Counted from the first letter of the stretch, positions 11,462 to 21,295 are shown. The stretch is DNA of 32,000 nucleotides from Halomicronema hongdechloris C2206 (GCF_002075285.3 NZ_CP021983.2:3240001-3272000), one strand, 5' to 3'. Translations and numbers: made by a program. The notes: a model not told the origin generated them from the letters alone.

Positions 11462-11517
11462 ACCAGCTCAGAACACGCAAAGGGGCCACTCTCAGCATAG
11501 CGGTCGGGCTCAGATTC

Positions 11518-12225
11518 TCACCATAGGTGAATGGGGGTGACACTGATCTGTCCGCCGAAACACACCGCCACATCCGAATCAGGGTCATACCGCCGTTGAC
11601 TGTAGTCCCCCACGTAATGGAACTGATCGCCCTCGACCACGAAGTCAGTGGGCAAGGGCTGGGTGCATAGCGGACAAAAGACTAGCTCCGGTTCTGGGTC
11701 TGCCATGGTCAGGTGCGGCAGGTTGACATTCCAGAACTGCCCCGCCTTGGGAGGATGTGCCAACAGCCGTTCCAGCACCTTGGTGGCCAGGCGAATGGCC
11801 AAGGTCCAATCGATGGGCCGCCCTCGGTGGATGTAGTGGGACAGGGCAATGCCGGGTATCCGCAATAGGGCTGCTTCCCGTACGGCAGCGACAGTACCGG
11901 AGACATGAATATCGGCCCCCAAATTGCCGCCCGCATTAATGCCCGAGAGCAGCCATTGGGCCTGAGGGTAGAGATGGCTGAGGGCAACTCGGGTACAGTC
12001 GGCGGGAGTACCGCCGATGGCATACTCATCGCAGTGGCGAGCACCAATGGTAATCGGCCCGCCTCGATTGATTTGATGACTACAGCCGGAGAGGGGCTGC
12101 TCGGGAGCAACAATGGCGGCGGCGCGACCATTGAGGGCTTGACGCAGGGCCATAATCCCAGGTGCGTCAATGCCGTCGTCATTGGTTAATACGATGGTCA
12201 CGGAATATATACAGCCTCGAGACAT
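11518..12225 (-). CDS. surE: 5'/3'-nucleotidase SurE
   Basis: N-terminal 'IVLTNDDGIDAPGI' SurE signature, with 'GINAGGNLG' and 'SGTVAAVREAA'. A GTG at 12201 is an alternative start. Confidence 0.9.
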   Translation of the reverse strand: MSRGCIYSVTIVLTNDDGIDAPGIMALRQALNGRAAAIVAPEQPLSGCSHQINRGGPITIGARHCDEYAIGGTPADCTRVALSHLYPQAQWLLSGINAGGNLGADIHVSGTVAAVREAALLRIPGIALSHYIHRGRPIDWTLAIRLATKVLERLLAHPPKAGQFWNVNLPHLTMADPEPELVFCPLCTQPLPTDFVVEGDQFHYVGDYSQRRYDPDSDVAVCFGGQISVTPIHLW

Positions 12226-12243
12226 GACTGGCAGTGTAACGCC

Positions 12244-13098
12244 TTAGGCCTCTACTTGCCCCTGGAAGACCCGTTCAGCCGGCCCAGTCATGTAGATACG
12301 GTTGTTGGCTGACCATTCAATCTGCAAAGGGCCGCCAGGGAGCTCAACGGTAGCGGTGCGATCGCATCGGCCGGTGAGCGCTGCAGCCACTAGGGCAGCA
12401 CAGGCCCCAGTACCACAGGCCAGGGTAGCTCCTGCCCCCCGCTCCCAAACCCGCATTTTCAGATGCTTAGGGCCGATGATCTGAATAAATTCCGTATTCA
12501 CCCGCTGGGGAAAGGCCGGATGATATTCAAATTGTGGCCCTAGAGTCACTAGGGGTAATTCAGCCACATCCTCTACAAAGGTGACACAGTGGGGATTGCC
12601 TATGTTGACGCCAGTCACTTCCCAGGTTTGACCCGCCACCCGCAACATCTGATCGATGACTTTTTGCTCACGGGCGACCAGGGTAGTGGGAATGTCCTGA
12701 GCCAGCAGCTTGGGAACTCCCATATCCACCTTGACCTGGCCATCGGGCTGTAATTCTGGAGTAATGGTGCCCCCCAGGGTGTGGATGCGGTAAGCATGGG
12801 GCAGCGTCGGTGGATGGCCTTCAGCACTCTCCAGGGCATCCAGAAACCTAGCCAGACAACGAATACCATTGCCGCACATCTCTGGCTCTGAACCATCGGC
12901 ATTGAAGATACGCATGGTGTAGTCTGTATCCCTTTGGGCCGGCAAGGCGAAAATCACCCCGTCAGCCCCGATGCCCCGGTTGCGATCGCACCACCGCATC
13001 GCCTGCTCGGGTTGCCACACCGGCTCCGGCTGATGACGATTGTCAATCAAAATGAAATCGTTGCCCAACCCGTGATACTTCACAAATTCAACGGCCAT
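12244..13098 (-). CDS. dapF: Diaminopimelate epimerase
   Basis: '[13 protein letters not shown]', the first catalytic Cys in 'EMCGNGIRC' and the second in '[10 protein letters not shown]'. The ATG at 13098 (MAVEF..) is preferred over the 13125 start. Confidence 0.9.
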   Translation of the reverse strand: MAVEFVKYHGLGNDFILIDNRHQPEPVWQPEQAMRWCDRNRGIGADGVIFALPAQRDTDYTMRIFNADGSEPEMCGNGIRCLARFLDALESAEGHPPTLPHAYRIHTLGGTITPELQPDGQVKVDMGVPKLLAQDIPTTLVAREQKVIDQMLRVAGQTWEVTGVNIGNPHCVTFVEDVAELPLVTLGPQFEYHPAFPQRVNTEFIQIIGPKHLKMRVWERGAGATLACGTGACAALVAAALTGRCDRTATVELPGGPLQIEWSANNRIYMTGPAERVFQGQVEA

Positions 13099-13472
13099 GC
13101 CATGCTCCACTCGCCATAGGCTCATTCTAAGCTGACAGCCCCACCAGGCCGAAAGCCTTTTCCCAGCAGGTTTACCTGGACCATTTCTGACTAGATGCTA
13201 ATGGCGCTTTTCTGAGCTAACAGACCAAATTCTGCTCCTCTGCTCCCTGGCGACTAACAGTTGGTTTTTAGATGGCTTTCTCTACGAAAACGGGTATGAG
13301 AACTGCTGCGCTACTCGCTTGGCGATGGGCTATCTCCGAATATTCACTAGAGCTTTACAGGCATTGTCCACAACTTCAGAGCATATCCAGACAAGTTCAG
13401 TAAACTTACAGAAGCTCGGCGGGTTGTGACATTGCAGAAGTTGACAGTTCTGATTATCTCGGAGGTAATTCG

Positions 13473-13731
13473 GTGGTTACACGTACCCTACTGGCTACCA
13501 GCGCCACTCTGCTGACGGTCGGGGCTACTGCCATGCTCCCTGCCGAGGCTGGAACCCTGACCCTGGGCGTATCTGGCAGTGGATCGGCCAATATTGGCAT
13601 CAATTCCTTACTGGCTGGACAAACCTTTGGGGACTACACCACCAGAACCGGGGGTACTACTAGGTCTTTTGGGAATAGGCACGCTAGCGGTTAGGTCGCT
13701 GGCGCAAACCCAGAAAACTCATACCGTTTAG
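13473..13731 (+). pseudogene. Mini secreted protein with PEP-CTERM-type anchor, reading frame interrupted (+1)
   Basis: A GTG start follows GGAGG. The signal peptide 'MVTRTLLATSATLLTVGATAMLPAEA' and a Gly/Ser/Thr stretch sit in one frame and stop at 13692-13694. The +1 frame (open from 13561) reads 'PPEPGVLLGLLGIGTLAVRSLAQ..' and ends with TAG at 13729-13731. Confidence 0.5.
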
Positions 13732-13923
13732 CTCGCCATTGCCCGGAACTCAGATCGATCACTGAGCCGTCTCTTACTTATATCGGGGCTCAGGACATTC
13801 CATCACCCAGCCATACTGCAGACCTTAGTTGATTCCTCCAGTCATTGGAACGGGAACGCAGGAATCGATTAAAATCGACTCACTCGTGCCGTCTCGATCC
13901 TTTCCCATGGCTTTCTGAAGTAG

Positions 13924-14125
13924 ATGTCAACCTCCCCCCATGTTCGGCAGTTGCAGGCCTTCATTCGCGACCAACAGAGCTTGGAAATCAAACTAGTTTA
14001 CCGGTGAACTCTTAACCGGTAGACTGCGCTGGCAAGATCCAGAATGTCTCTGTATCGACGACGGGAGTAACCAACCGACCCTGCTTTGGCGCCGTGCCAT
14101 TGCCTATGTCCAACCTCAAGCATGA
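13924..14125 (+). pseudogene. hfq: Hfq RNA chaperone (cyanobacterial type), frame broken by one extra T, or an assembly error
   Basis: Frame A (13924-14007) gives 'MSTSPHVRQLQAFIRDQQSLEIKLV' then YR*. Frame B (14000-14125) gives 'TGELLTGRLRWQDPECLCIDDGSNQPTLLWRRAIAYVQPQA*'. Deleting one T of TTT 13997-13999 yields a 66-aa protein. It matches the 'EIKLVTGD..G...WQD....C......IAY.QP' core recalled for Anabaena and Synechocystis Hfq. Confidence 0.8.
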
Positions 14126-14236
14126 CAAATCCCGCCGGCTTCCCGCCAACTTAGTCGCCGCCACTTACTCTGGGCCATCCTCGGCGGCGCCACAACCGTC
14201 AGCCTGGGACGTCCTCGGGCAGCCCTAGGTTATGCC

Positions 14237-15016
14237 GTGGACATTCGCCCTAGTGCTCCGGAATTGGGCGATACCATTGCCGTTATCGTACAGTCCAATC
14301 AGGGGGGGACTGCTCAGCCGACAGTGCAGCTAAACGGTCAAGCATTTCCGGTATTTCCCCTAGAAGCAGGGCGGTTTCGCGCCCTCTTGCCTACCAGCCC
14401 CTTAAATTCCCCCGGGCGCTATCTAGTCCAAGTGATAGGGGATGAGCCCACCCGTAACCTGGCCGTTTGGCTCAAGAACCGGCATTTTTCAGTCCAGCGC
14501 ATCACTCTACCGCCGGATCGAGCCAGCATTGAAGGCACTCCCCACGAGTTTGAGCGCGTCGCTACTTTCAAGCAACTCGTTACCCCTGAGCGCCATTGGC
14601 AGGTGCCCTTTCTCAGACCCAGTCAGGGGCGGGTGAGTACTCCCTATGGGGTGCGTCGTTACTACAACGGCGTCTTTGCTCGAGACTACTATCACCGTGG
14701 CGTCGACTATGCTGCCGCCACTGGATCTGCCGTCATCGCCCCAGCCGCCGGTCGCATAGTCCTGGTCGGACGGGTCAGGGATGGATTTCGCCTCCATGGC
14801 AACACCATCGGCATTGACCATGGCCAGGGAGTGGCCAGCATTTTTATTCACCTCAGCCGCATTGATGTCACGGCAGGAGAAGTAGTACAGGCTGGCCAGC
14901 AAATTGGGGGGGTAGGCTCCACAGGGGTATCGACGGGTCCCCACTTACACTGGGGGCTATACGTTCATGGCGTTGCCGTAGATCCAGTGCCGTGGCGCTA
15001 TGGGGGGATTGGGTGA
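14237..15016 (+). CDS. M23 (LytM-type) metallopeptidase; the true N-terminus probably lies upstream of the listed GTG
   Basis: 'HRGVDYAA' (HxxxD) and 'GPHLHWG' (HxH) zinc motifs. The frame is open back to 14126 and encodes a signal-like 'SRRHLLWAILGGATTVSLG..ALGYA' with no ATG/GTG/TTG. Confidence 0.85.
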   Translation: MDIRPSAPELGDTIAVIVQSNQGGTAQPTVQLNGQAFPVFPLEAGRFRALLPTSPLNSPGRYLVQVIGDEPTRNLAVWLKNRHFSVQRITLPPDRASIEGTPHEFERVATFKQLVTPERHWQVPFLRPSQGRVSTPYGVRRYYNGVFARDYYHRGVDYAAATGSAVIAPAAGRIVLVGRVRDGFRLHGNTIGIDHGQGVASIFIHLSRIDVTAGEVVQAGQQIGGVGSTGVSTGPHLHWGLYVHGVAVDPVPWRYGGIG

Positions 15017-15242
15017 CACGATCAGTCCCTGTCCAGGTTCCGCCCAAAGAGATCGCGTTAATCCGATCTGGTTCTATGTCGGTAATCTGTAAGCCATCAG
15101 TAAATTCCTACTGAAAACCTGTGGGTTCCGCGGCAAGCAGGGGCACACTAACACCAGTACACCATATCCAACCAGAGGGGACATCATACCCGTTGCCGCC
15201 TATTGGCCTGGTCTAAGTAATCTCATAGGAGTGTTTAGGCAA

Positions 15243-15791
15243 ATGAGTAGTATTGAGAAAATCGTTGAGCAGGCGTTGCAAGATGGCTATCTAACGCCGG
15301 CCATGGAAGCGGAAGTCGGTCGTATTTGTGATACTGCTTCAGAGCTCTCCATCGAAGAGTATATGGCCCTTGATCGACTGATGGGGGCGTTATTAACCGG
15401 GGAAGTAGTGGCTGTACCCCGCAAGCAATTTATCAATGTCATGGAAGAGTTGGTCCTCACTGAGGCCATCGCCCGGGTGGCCGAGATTGAAGCTAGTAGC
15501 GACCAAACCCTCGATTTGGGTGACATTGCCGCCTATGCCCTTAACCGCTTACCCCCCCTCTATGCCACCACGGAAGAGGGGGCGAATTTCCAGCGCAATA
15601 AAGCTCGGGCAGAGCTGGCTGGCCTGATCTCTGACGAAGTTGAGGAAGCCATCACCCGCAACCTCAACAAGCCTGAGTTCTACCCCGAACGCCAAAGCCT
15701 GAAGCGCAAGCCCACCGGGGACGATGTGCTAGGTCAGGTCAGCTCTCTGCTGAAAGACTATGCGCCCAAGTACGAAGAAGTTCCCAAGTAA
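15243..15791 (+). CDS. ComFB-domain protein (candidate cyclic-di-nucleotide receptor family)
   Basis: The ATG at 15243 is 11 nt after AGGAG. 'INVMEELV...DIAAYALNRLPPLYATTEEG' matches the ComFB family core as recalled. Confidence 0.65.
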   Translation: MSSIEKIVEQALQDGYLTPAMEAEVGRICDTASELSIEEYMALDRLMGALLTGEVVAVPRKQFINVMEELVLTEAIARVAEIEASSDQTLDLGDIAAYALNRLPPLYATTEEGANFQRNKARAELAGLISDEVEEAITRNLNKPEFYPERQSLKRKPTGDDVLGQVSSLLKDYAPKYEEVPK

Positions 15792-15893
15792 TGCCAACCA
15801 GTAGCCCATGGCATACGTTTAACGGTTGTGGTAAGGGGCAGGAAGCTAGGGAGTTGAGGCACAAAATGGTGGGTCAACTTCTGCCAGGGCGTA

Positions 15894-16472
15894 CTAGGGA
15901 GTCACCGTGATTGGGGTTCCTAGGGTAATGCGATCATAGAGGTCAATAATATCGACATTACGTAGCCGGATACAGCCATGGGAGATGGCTCGACCAATAC
16001 TGTCCTCCTGGTTAGTACCGTGCAGGCCAATTTGATAAGTCCCATCCTGCCAAAAGCCAATCCAACGGGCTCCCAGAGGATTTTCGGGGCCAGGTGCAAT
16101 GGGCTCGCCTGTGATCGGGTGCTGCCACACGGGATGACGCCGCATGGTTTGGACTGTAAAGGTGCCAACCGGCGTCTGCCAATCCTCTTGGCCAACGGCC
16201 ACTGGATAACTCACAATAGGCTCACCCTGCTGTTGTAACTCTAAGCGCCGCTGCCCCAGAGACACCACTAGGTGATACTGATGGGCCCGCACCATGGTTG
16301 GCACCTGTTCCATCAGAGGAGCCAAAGCCCCCAATGTAAGGGGTTGCAAGAATTCTGGTTGGGGTGATGGGGATCTCGGGACTGGCGAATACCGCTGCCC
16401 CATGACCAAGATACCTGCTGCTGCGAAGCACAACAGCATAAAGCAGCGGGTGATGGGTAGGTAGCTTAGCAT
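15894..16472 (-). CDS. L,D-transpeptidase (YkuD domain)
   Basis: Catalytic motif 'LHGTNQEDSIGRAISHGCIRLRN'. N-terminal membrane anchor 'MLSYLPITRCFMLLCFAAAGILV'. The ATG at 16472 is preferred over the TTG at 16496. Confidence 0.85.
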   Translation of the reverse strand: MLSYLPITRCFMLLCFAAAGILVMGQRYSPVPRSPSPQPEFLQPLTLGALAPLMEQVPTMVRAHQYHLVVSLGQRRLELQQQGEPIVSYPVAVGQEDWQTPVGTFTVQTMRRHPVWQHPITGEPIAPGPENPLGARWIGFWQDGTYQIGLHGTNQEDSIGRAISHGCIRLRNVDIIDLYDRITLGTPITVTP

Positions 16473-16573
16473 AGTCAGAGACTCAGCATCTCCCAACTTA
16501 TTTACCTAGGATAGAGCGAACCAGAGCGTTTGGCTCTTGTTAAGATGAGGCTGAATCGACCTAGGGTAAGCGT

Positions 16574-17443
16574 GTGGCGGTTAAACCAGATTGGTTACGG
16601 GTAAAGGCCCCCCAGTGGCAGCGAATTGGCAATGTTAAAGCCGTGCTACAGGATTTGGGGTTAAATACGGTGTGCGAAGAAGCCTCTTGCCCCAACATTG
16701 GGGAATGCTTTCATGCTGGCACCGCCACCTTCTTGATTATGGGGCCTGCCTGCACCCGGGCTTGCCCCTACTGTGACATTGATTTCGAGAAGACACCTAA
16801 GGCCTTGGACACCACTGAACCCCTACGCCTGGCCGAGGCAGTGAAGCGCATGGGGCTGAATCATGTGGTGATTACATCTGTGAACCGGGACGATTTACCC
16901 GATGGTGGGGCCAGGCAATTTGTCCACTGCATCAATCAAATTCGCCAGGAATCACCAACTACCACTATTGAAGTCTTGATTCCAGATCTGTGTGGCAACT
17001 GGGAGGCGCTAGCTGCCATCCTTGCCGCCAAACCCGATGTCTTAAATCACAACACCGAAACGGTGCCTCGACTATATCGTCGAGTGCGTCCCCAGGGAAA
17101 CTACCGCCGCACTTTAGACTTGCTGGAGCGTACCCGTGGGCTCTCTCCCAAGACTTACAGGAAGTCGGGGCTGATGGTGGGGATGGGAGAAACCGATGAT
17201 GAGGTGCGGCAGGTCATGGCGGACCTGCGCACCGTAGACTGTGATATCCTTACCATCGGCCAGTACTTGCAGCCAAGCGCCAAGCATCTGGCTGTCCAAA
17301 CTTTTGTTCCCCCTGAGCAGTTTCATGCCTGGCGCCAGGCGGGGGAAGCCATGGGATTTCTGCAGGTGATCTCGTCTCCGTTAACCCGTAGTTCTTACCA
17401 TGCCGAGCAAGTGCAGGCGTTAATGCAGCGTTATCCCCGTTAA
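16574..17443 (+). CDS. lipA: Lipoyl synthase (radical SAM)
   Basis: '[12 protein letters not shown]' auxiliary cluster motif and 'CTRACPYCD' radical-SAM CxxxCxxC. GTG start. Confidence 0.95.
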   Translation: MAVKPDWLRVKAPQWQRIGNVKAVLQDLGLNTVCEEASCPNIGECFHAGTATFLIMGPACTRACPYCDIDFEKTPKALDTTEPLRLAEAVKRMGLNHVVITSVNRDDLPDGGARQFVHCINQIRQESPTTTIEVLIPDLCGNWEALAAILAAKPDVLNHNTETVPRLYRRVRPQGNYRRTLDLLERTRGLSPKTYRKSGLMVGMGETDDEVRQVMADLRTVDCDILTIGQYLQPSAKHLAVQTFVPPEQFHAWRQAGEAMGFLQVISSPLTRSSYHAEQVQALMQRYPR

Positions 17444-17485
17444 CTCTTCTCGTCTCTAGCAAGGAATATAGATAGGGATCCAGGA

Positions 17486-18376
17486 TTAGCGAATCGGGGA
17501 AACCTGATCGAAGCAATTGAAGTTGATGGCCCGCCGCTTATCCCTCGTCCAGCCAAGGATATCGGCAAAGCGATAGTTCCAGAGAATCTCATCGGCGATG
17601 AAGGAATGGCGAGCATGGATAGTTTGTGACATGGTTTCATCGATGCCGGTGAGAATGACGATGATTTCGGCGTTGGCGGCTGCCAAAGAATCAGGGGTTT
17701 CGCCGTAGAGGGGACTGCTTGGGGTGATCGGATGCATGGCGGTCCAACTCAGGGCAAATAGGGGGGTATGGGAGCGAGTCAGGGCCAGATCGTAAAATCG
17801 GCGAAAAAATTCGCCTTCGGTGGTATATTCATCCCGCACTAGGGTCAGCCAGATTTGGGCTTCTAAGATACGGTTGCGCCGCTTGTTGGCGGCTCGGAAC
17901 ATCAGGGTGGGAATGCTGTTGTGAGGAGCGACGACGGCGTAGTGGCTAAATAAGATGCGGGCGGTGGGTGAGGCAAAGCGGGTAAAACTCAGCCCTGTAA
18001 CCATGGCGATAAACAGTAAGCCGACGAAGGCTTCTATGACGACGAGCCAGTTGGCATAGAGGGTTTGAGGATACATGGCTCCGTAGCCAATGGAGGCCAT
18101 GGTCTGAACGCTGAAGAAGAAAGTGTCGAAGAAGGAACCGTTAGTAGCGTTGGCGATATGGTTACCACCGATTAGATAGGCGATGGCAAAGGCAGCATTG
18201 ACGGCCAAATAAATTAGGCCCATCAGGGGGATGAAGCCAATCCAGGGGATCGTGATTAATAGGTGGTAGAGATCTCGCCAAGGGGAATGGGGATCTCCCA
18301 GTCGGACGACATCAGGGAATTCTCCATCCCGCACGACTAGGCGCTGGGATGGCCGTAGAGGTTGCTTGAGTACCAT
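17486..18376 (-). CDS. Prokaryotic inward-rectifier-type potassium channel (KirBac-like)
   Basis: Two TM helices flank a pore helix and selectivity filter 'TMASIGYG'. The cytoplasmic beta-rich C-terminal domain is typical of the IRK family. Confidence 0.85.
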   Translation of the reverse strand: MVLKQPLRPSQRLVVRDGEFPDVVRLGDPHSPWRDLYHLLITIPWIGFIPLMGLIYLAVNAAFAIAYLIGGNHIANATNGSFFDTFFFSVQTMASIGYGAMYPQTLYANWLVVIEAFVGLLFIAMVTGLSFTRFASPTARILFSHYAVVAPHNSIPTLMFRAANKRRNRILEAQIWLTLVRDEYTTEGEFFRRFYDLALTRSHTPLFALSWTAMHPITPSSPLYGETPDSLAAANAEIIVILTGIDETMSQTIHARHSFIADEILWNYRFADILGWTRDKRRAINFNCFDQVSPIR

Positions 18377-18627
18377 GAGCTATTTCTCCTAATGTCTTTG
18401 GTTAGGGGTTACAGGGGAGCACGATGGCTATGGGAGTTGACGAACCGTTAGGCAGGGAGTGACCTCTGTAAGGCTGGCACTGGCAATGCACACTTTTTTA
18501 AGATGGCTGAAATTACTATTTTTTGCTGCTCACGATGTTGTCGACAGGGGGGAGTAAACCCAGAGGCTTGGGAATTTGCCCTGCCTAAGGTTTAATGCTG
18601 TCAGCGTTTGAGGAGTAAGTTCACCCC

Positions 18628-19485
18628 GTGCTTGATCTGCTACAGCTGGTGATCTATGGCCTAGTGCTGGGAAGCATTTTGTCGCTGGGGGCCATTGGTG
18701 TGTCGTTGACGTTTGGCATTCTGCGGTTTGCAAATTTTGCCCACGGCGATTTCATGGCCATGGGAGCCTATTTCGCCTTCACGTTTATAGTGCTCTTGCA
18801 GTGGCCATTCTGGCCCAGTTTGGGGCTGGCGTGTGGATTGACGGTATTGGCAGTCTTAGCCGCGGATTGGCTAGTATTTCGTCATCTGCGCCAACGTTCC
18901 CCAGTGATTCTGCTGATTTCTTCCTTTGGCATTGCCCTGATTTTTCGCAGCCTGATTCAGTTGGGGTGGGGGGCGGATCAACGGGTGTACCGTCAGGGCA
19001 TTCAGTCGCCGCTGCAGTGGGCAGGGCTAACCATTAAGCCCGATCAGATTACCATCGTCGTGGGAGCCCTGGGGTTGATGGTGGCACTCCATTTATTTTT
19101 GCGCTATACCCGCACGGGTAAAGCGATGCGAGCCATGGCGGATAATGTCGACCTGGCCCGGGTATCAGGCATTAACACTGAGCGGGTGGCCATGTGGACT
19201 TGGGTGATTGGGGCGGTGTTGGCCTGTGCTGCTGGGGTATTTCTCGGCTTGGATACCCAGTTGAATCCCACCATGGGCTGGCGGTTGCTGCTGCCGATTT
19301 TTGCCTCGGCTATTTTGGGGGGGATTGGCAGCCCCTATGGCGCTATTGTTGGCGGGCTGATTATTGGTTTGGCCTCGGAGTTATCGACGTTAGTGCTGTC
19401 CCCAGCTTACAAATCAGCGGTGGCGTTTGCCATTTTGGTGCTGATGCTAATTGTGCGACCGACGGGTTTGTTTGGAGGACGCTGA
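18628..19485 (+). CDS. livH: Branched-chain/neutral amino-acid ABC transporter permease (LivH/NatD type)
   Basis: 285-aa polytopic protein. 'LRFANFAHGDFMAMGAY' and 'GKAMRAMADN..LARVSGIN' are typical of LivH-family permeases. Confidence 0.9.
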   Translation: MLDLLQLVIYGLVLGSILSLGAIGVSLTFGILRFANFAHGDFMAMGAYFAFTFIVLLQWPFWPSLGLACGLTVLAVLAADWLVFRHLRQRSPVILLISSFGIALIFRSLIQLGWGADQRVYRQGIQSPLQWAGLTIKPDQITIVVGALGLMVALHLFLRYTRTGKAMRAMADNVDLARVSGINTERVAMWTWVIGAVLACAAGVFLGLDTQLNPTMGWRLLLPIFASAILGGIGSPYGAIVGGLIIGLASELSTLVLSPAYKSAVAFAILVLMLIVRPTGLFGGR

Positions 19486-20456
19486 TGGATTTAGGTGGTC
19501 TGCTGGCTTTTGGGATCTTTTTTGCGACATTGGCTAGTATCTATGCCATTTTGACCCTGGGGCTGAATATCCAATGGGGCTATGCTGGCATGCTCAATAT
19601 TGGGGTTGGTGCCTTCTTTGCCGTGGGAGCTTACACCAGTGCGATCGCAACGACGCCCCAGAGCGACAACTACATCGGCGGCTTCGAGCTACCGATGGTG
19701 GTGGGCTTACTGCTGGCCATGGCGGTGGCTGGCATCTTGGCCGGGTTGATTGGCATCATCACCCTGGGGCTGCGCTCGGACTACCTTGCGATCGCAACCA
19801 TCGGCATCGCTGAAATCGTGCGCCTGGTGCTAAAGAATGAAGCCTGGCTCACCAATGGAGTTCGCGGCATTGCCGGAATCGCTAACCCCTTCACAGGACT
19901 CTTACCAGGCGCCAATGGCCTCCTTTATCTGGCAGGAGTGCTTGTGATCTTGGGGTTAGTGTTCTGGGCCAGCGATCGGGCTTACCGTTCTCCCTGGGGT
20001 CGAGTGTTGCGGGCCCTACGAGAAGACGAACCAGCCAGCCAGGCTGCCGGCAAAAACGTCCTCGTGTTTCGTTTACAGGCCTTCATCCTAGGAGCTATGT
20101 TCATGGGCCTGGCAGGCGCTCTCTATGCCCACTTCGTCGCCTTTATCAGCCCAGAGGCCTTTCAACCAGAATTTGCTACCTTCATCGTCTGGGTCATGTT
20201 GATTGCCGGCGGCAGTGGTAACACTCGCGGTGCCGTCCTGGGAGCAATTGCCATTTGGGCACTATGGTCAGGAACCGAACTCATTACCAATTTAGTGCCA
20301 GTGGCCTGGGTCACTCGAGCCAGTGCCCTACGTCTCTTGTTGATTGGAGGATTACTGCAGGTGATTCTATTGGCCCGGCCAGAAGGTATTTGGCCAGAGC
20401 ATCCTCCCCAACCCATTGACTCTGAACCCAAGCGTAGATGGCGTTTACGCCGCTGA
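19485..20456 (+). CDS. livM: Branched-chain/neutral amino-acid ABC transporter permease (LivM/NatC type)
   Basis: The ATG at 19485 overlaps the livH stop (TGATG). 'LTLGLNIQWGYAGMLNIGVGAFFAVGAY' and 'WGRVLRALREDE.AS.AAGKNV' are LivM signatures. The longer tracked ORF start (19194) lies inside livH. Confidence 0.9.
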   Translation: MDLGGLLAFGIFFATLASIYAILTLGLNIQWGYAGMLNIGVGAFFAVGAYTSAIATTPQSDNYIGGFELPMVVGLLLAMAVAGILAGLIGIITLGLRSDYLAIATIGIAEIVRLVLKNEAWLTNGVRGIAGIANPFTGLLPGANGLLYLAGVLVILGLVFWASDRAYRSPWGRVLRALREDEPASQAAGKNVLVFRLQAFILGAMFMGLAGALYAHFVAFISPEAFQPEFATFIVWVMLIAGGSGNTRGAVLGAIAIWALWSGTELITNLVPVAWVTRASALRLLLIGGLLQVILLARPEGIWPEHPPQPIDSEPKRRWRLRR

Positions 20457-20830
20457 TTAGCCAGCATTATCGTTCCCCGATGCAATGCAGCAGTTCCTTG
20501 CTGGGTGAGGTACAACCTACCTTCTGATATCAAAGGTTTCAGGTCATCTACATACCTCACTAGCTGCAAAAGCGCTGTATTTAGATTCGCTAGGGAATTT
20601 TCGTTCTGTTAATCAATACGGAGAAAACCGGTATTGATACACATAATTAAGAGTGATTGACGGCAATTCCCAGGTGTGACACATCCCCCCCTAAAGCATT
20701 GTCGTCGCGCTAGATGTAGATGGATTTGATGGAGTCTCCTGCATCAGCCTAGGCTAACGTGCCCCCTAAATGACAGAATGCTAGCCCCTGTGTCCCCACC
20801 ACTCTGACGCCTTAATATTTGGAGATTGTG

Positions 20831-21295
20831 ATGGATGGTCATCAATTACTCACTCAATACGATAAGGGAAATCGTGCATTTCTCTCAGCCAACCTTAGAG
20901 ACGCCGACTTGAAACAAGCCTATCTAATCGGTATCAACCTAAGTCGCTCAGACTTACGCCGAGCTGATTTGAGGGGGGCGGATCTCAGTCGGGCCAATCT
21001 GAGCCACGCCAATTTAGCTGACGCAAATTTACAAGACGCCAATTTATATGGGGCCAACCTAACGGGCAGTAACTTGTCTCGGGCTAACATCCGCCACGCC
21101 AACCTGAGTAAGACGAACTTACAAGGGGCCCAACTCACCGATGCCGAATTGAGTGGGGCCAATTTCCATGAGGCCAATTTAGCCGGAGCTCATATGCATG
21201 GTGTTGATCTCACCGGCATCGACATGGTTAGTGACAACCCAGACTATCTCCGGGTGTGCCGAGCCCGCCTCACCACCGGTATTCCCCGTTCTTAG
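20831..21295 (+). CDS. Pentapeptide-repeat protein
   Basis: More than 20 tandem A(D/N)LxX pentapeptides ('ANLSHANLADANLQDANLYGANLTGSNLSRANIRHANLSKTNL'). Confidence 0.9.
   Translation: MDGHQLLTQYDKGNRAFLSANLRDADLKQAYLIGINLSRSDLRRADLRGADLSRANLSHANLADANLQDANLYGANLTGSNLSRANIRHANLSKTNLQGAQLTDAELSGANFHEANLAGAHMHGVDLTGIDMVSDNPDYLRVCRARLTTGIPRS

Noticed and set aside
11709-12182. 157-aa alternative-frame ORF overlapping surE, and similar ones inside dapF, M23, the L,D-transpeptidase and other genes
   Set aside because: The in-frame products with conserved catalytic motifs explain the regions. The alternatives are Pro/Arg/Ala-rich off-frame artefacts.
19194-19484. N-terminal extension of the livM ORF in the track (start at 19194)
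   Set aside because: The extension lies entirely within livH in another frame. The ATG at 19485 overlapping the livH stop gives a normal LivM N-terminus.
20162-20569. 135-aa minus-strand ORF spanning the livM 3' end
   Set aside because: It is antisense to a well-supported permease gene and has no motifs.
20611-20640. Imperfect hairpin ATCAATAC-GG-agaaaa-CCGGTATTGAT downstream of livM
   Set aside because: It is short and bulged with no U-tract. It could be a weak terminator or operator, but the evidence is insufficient.
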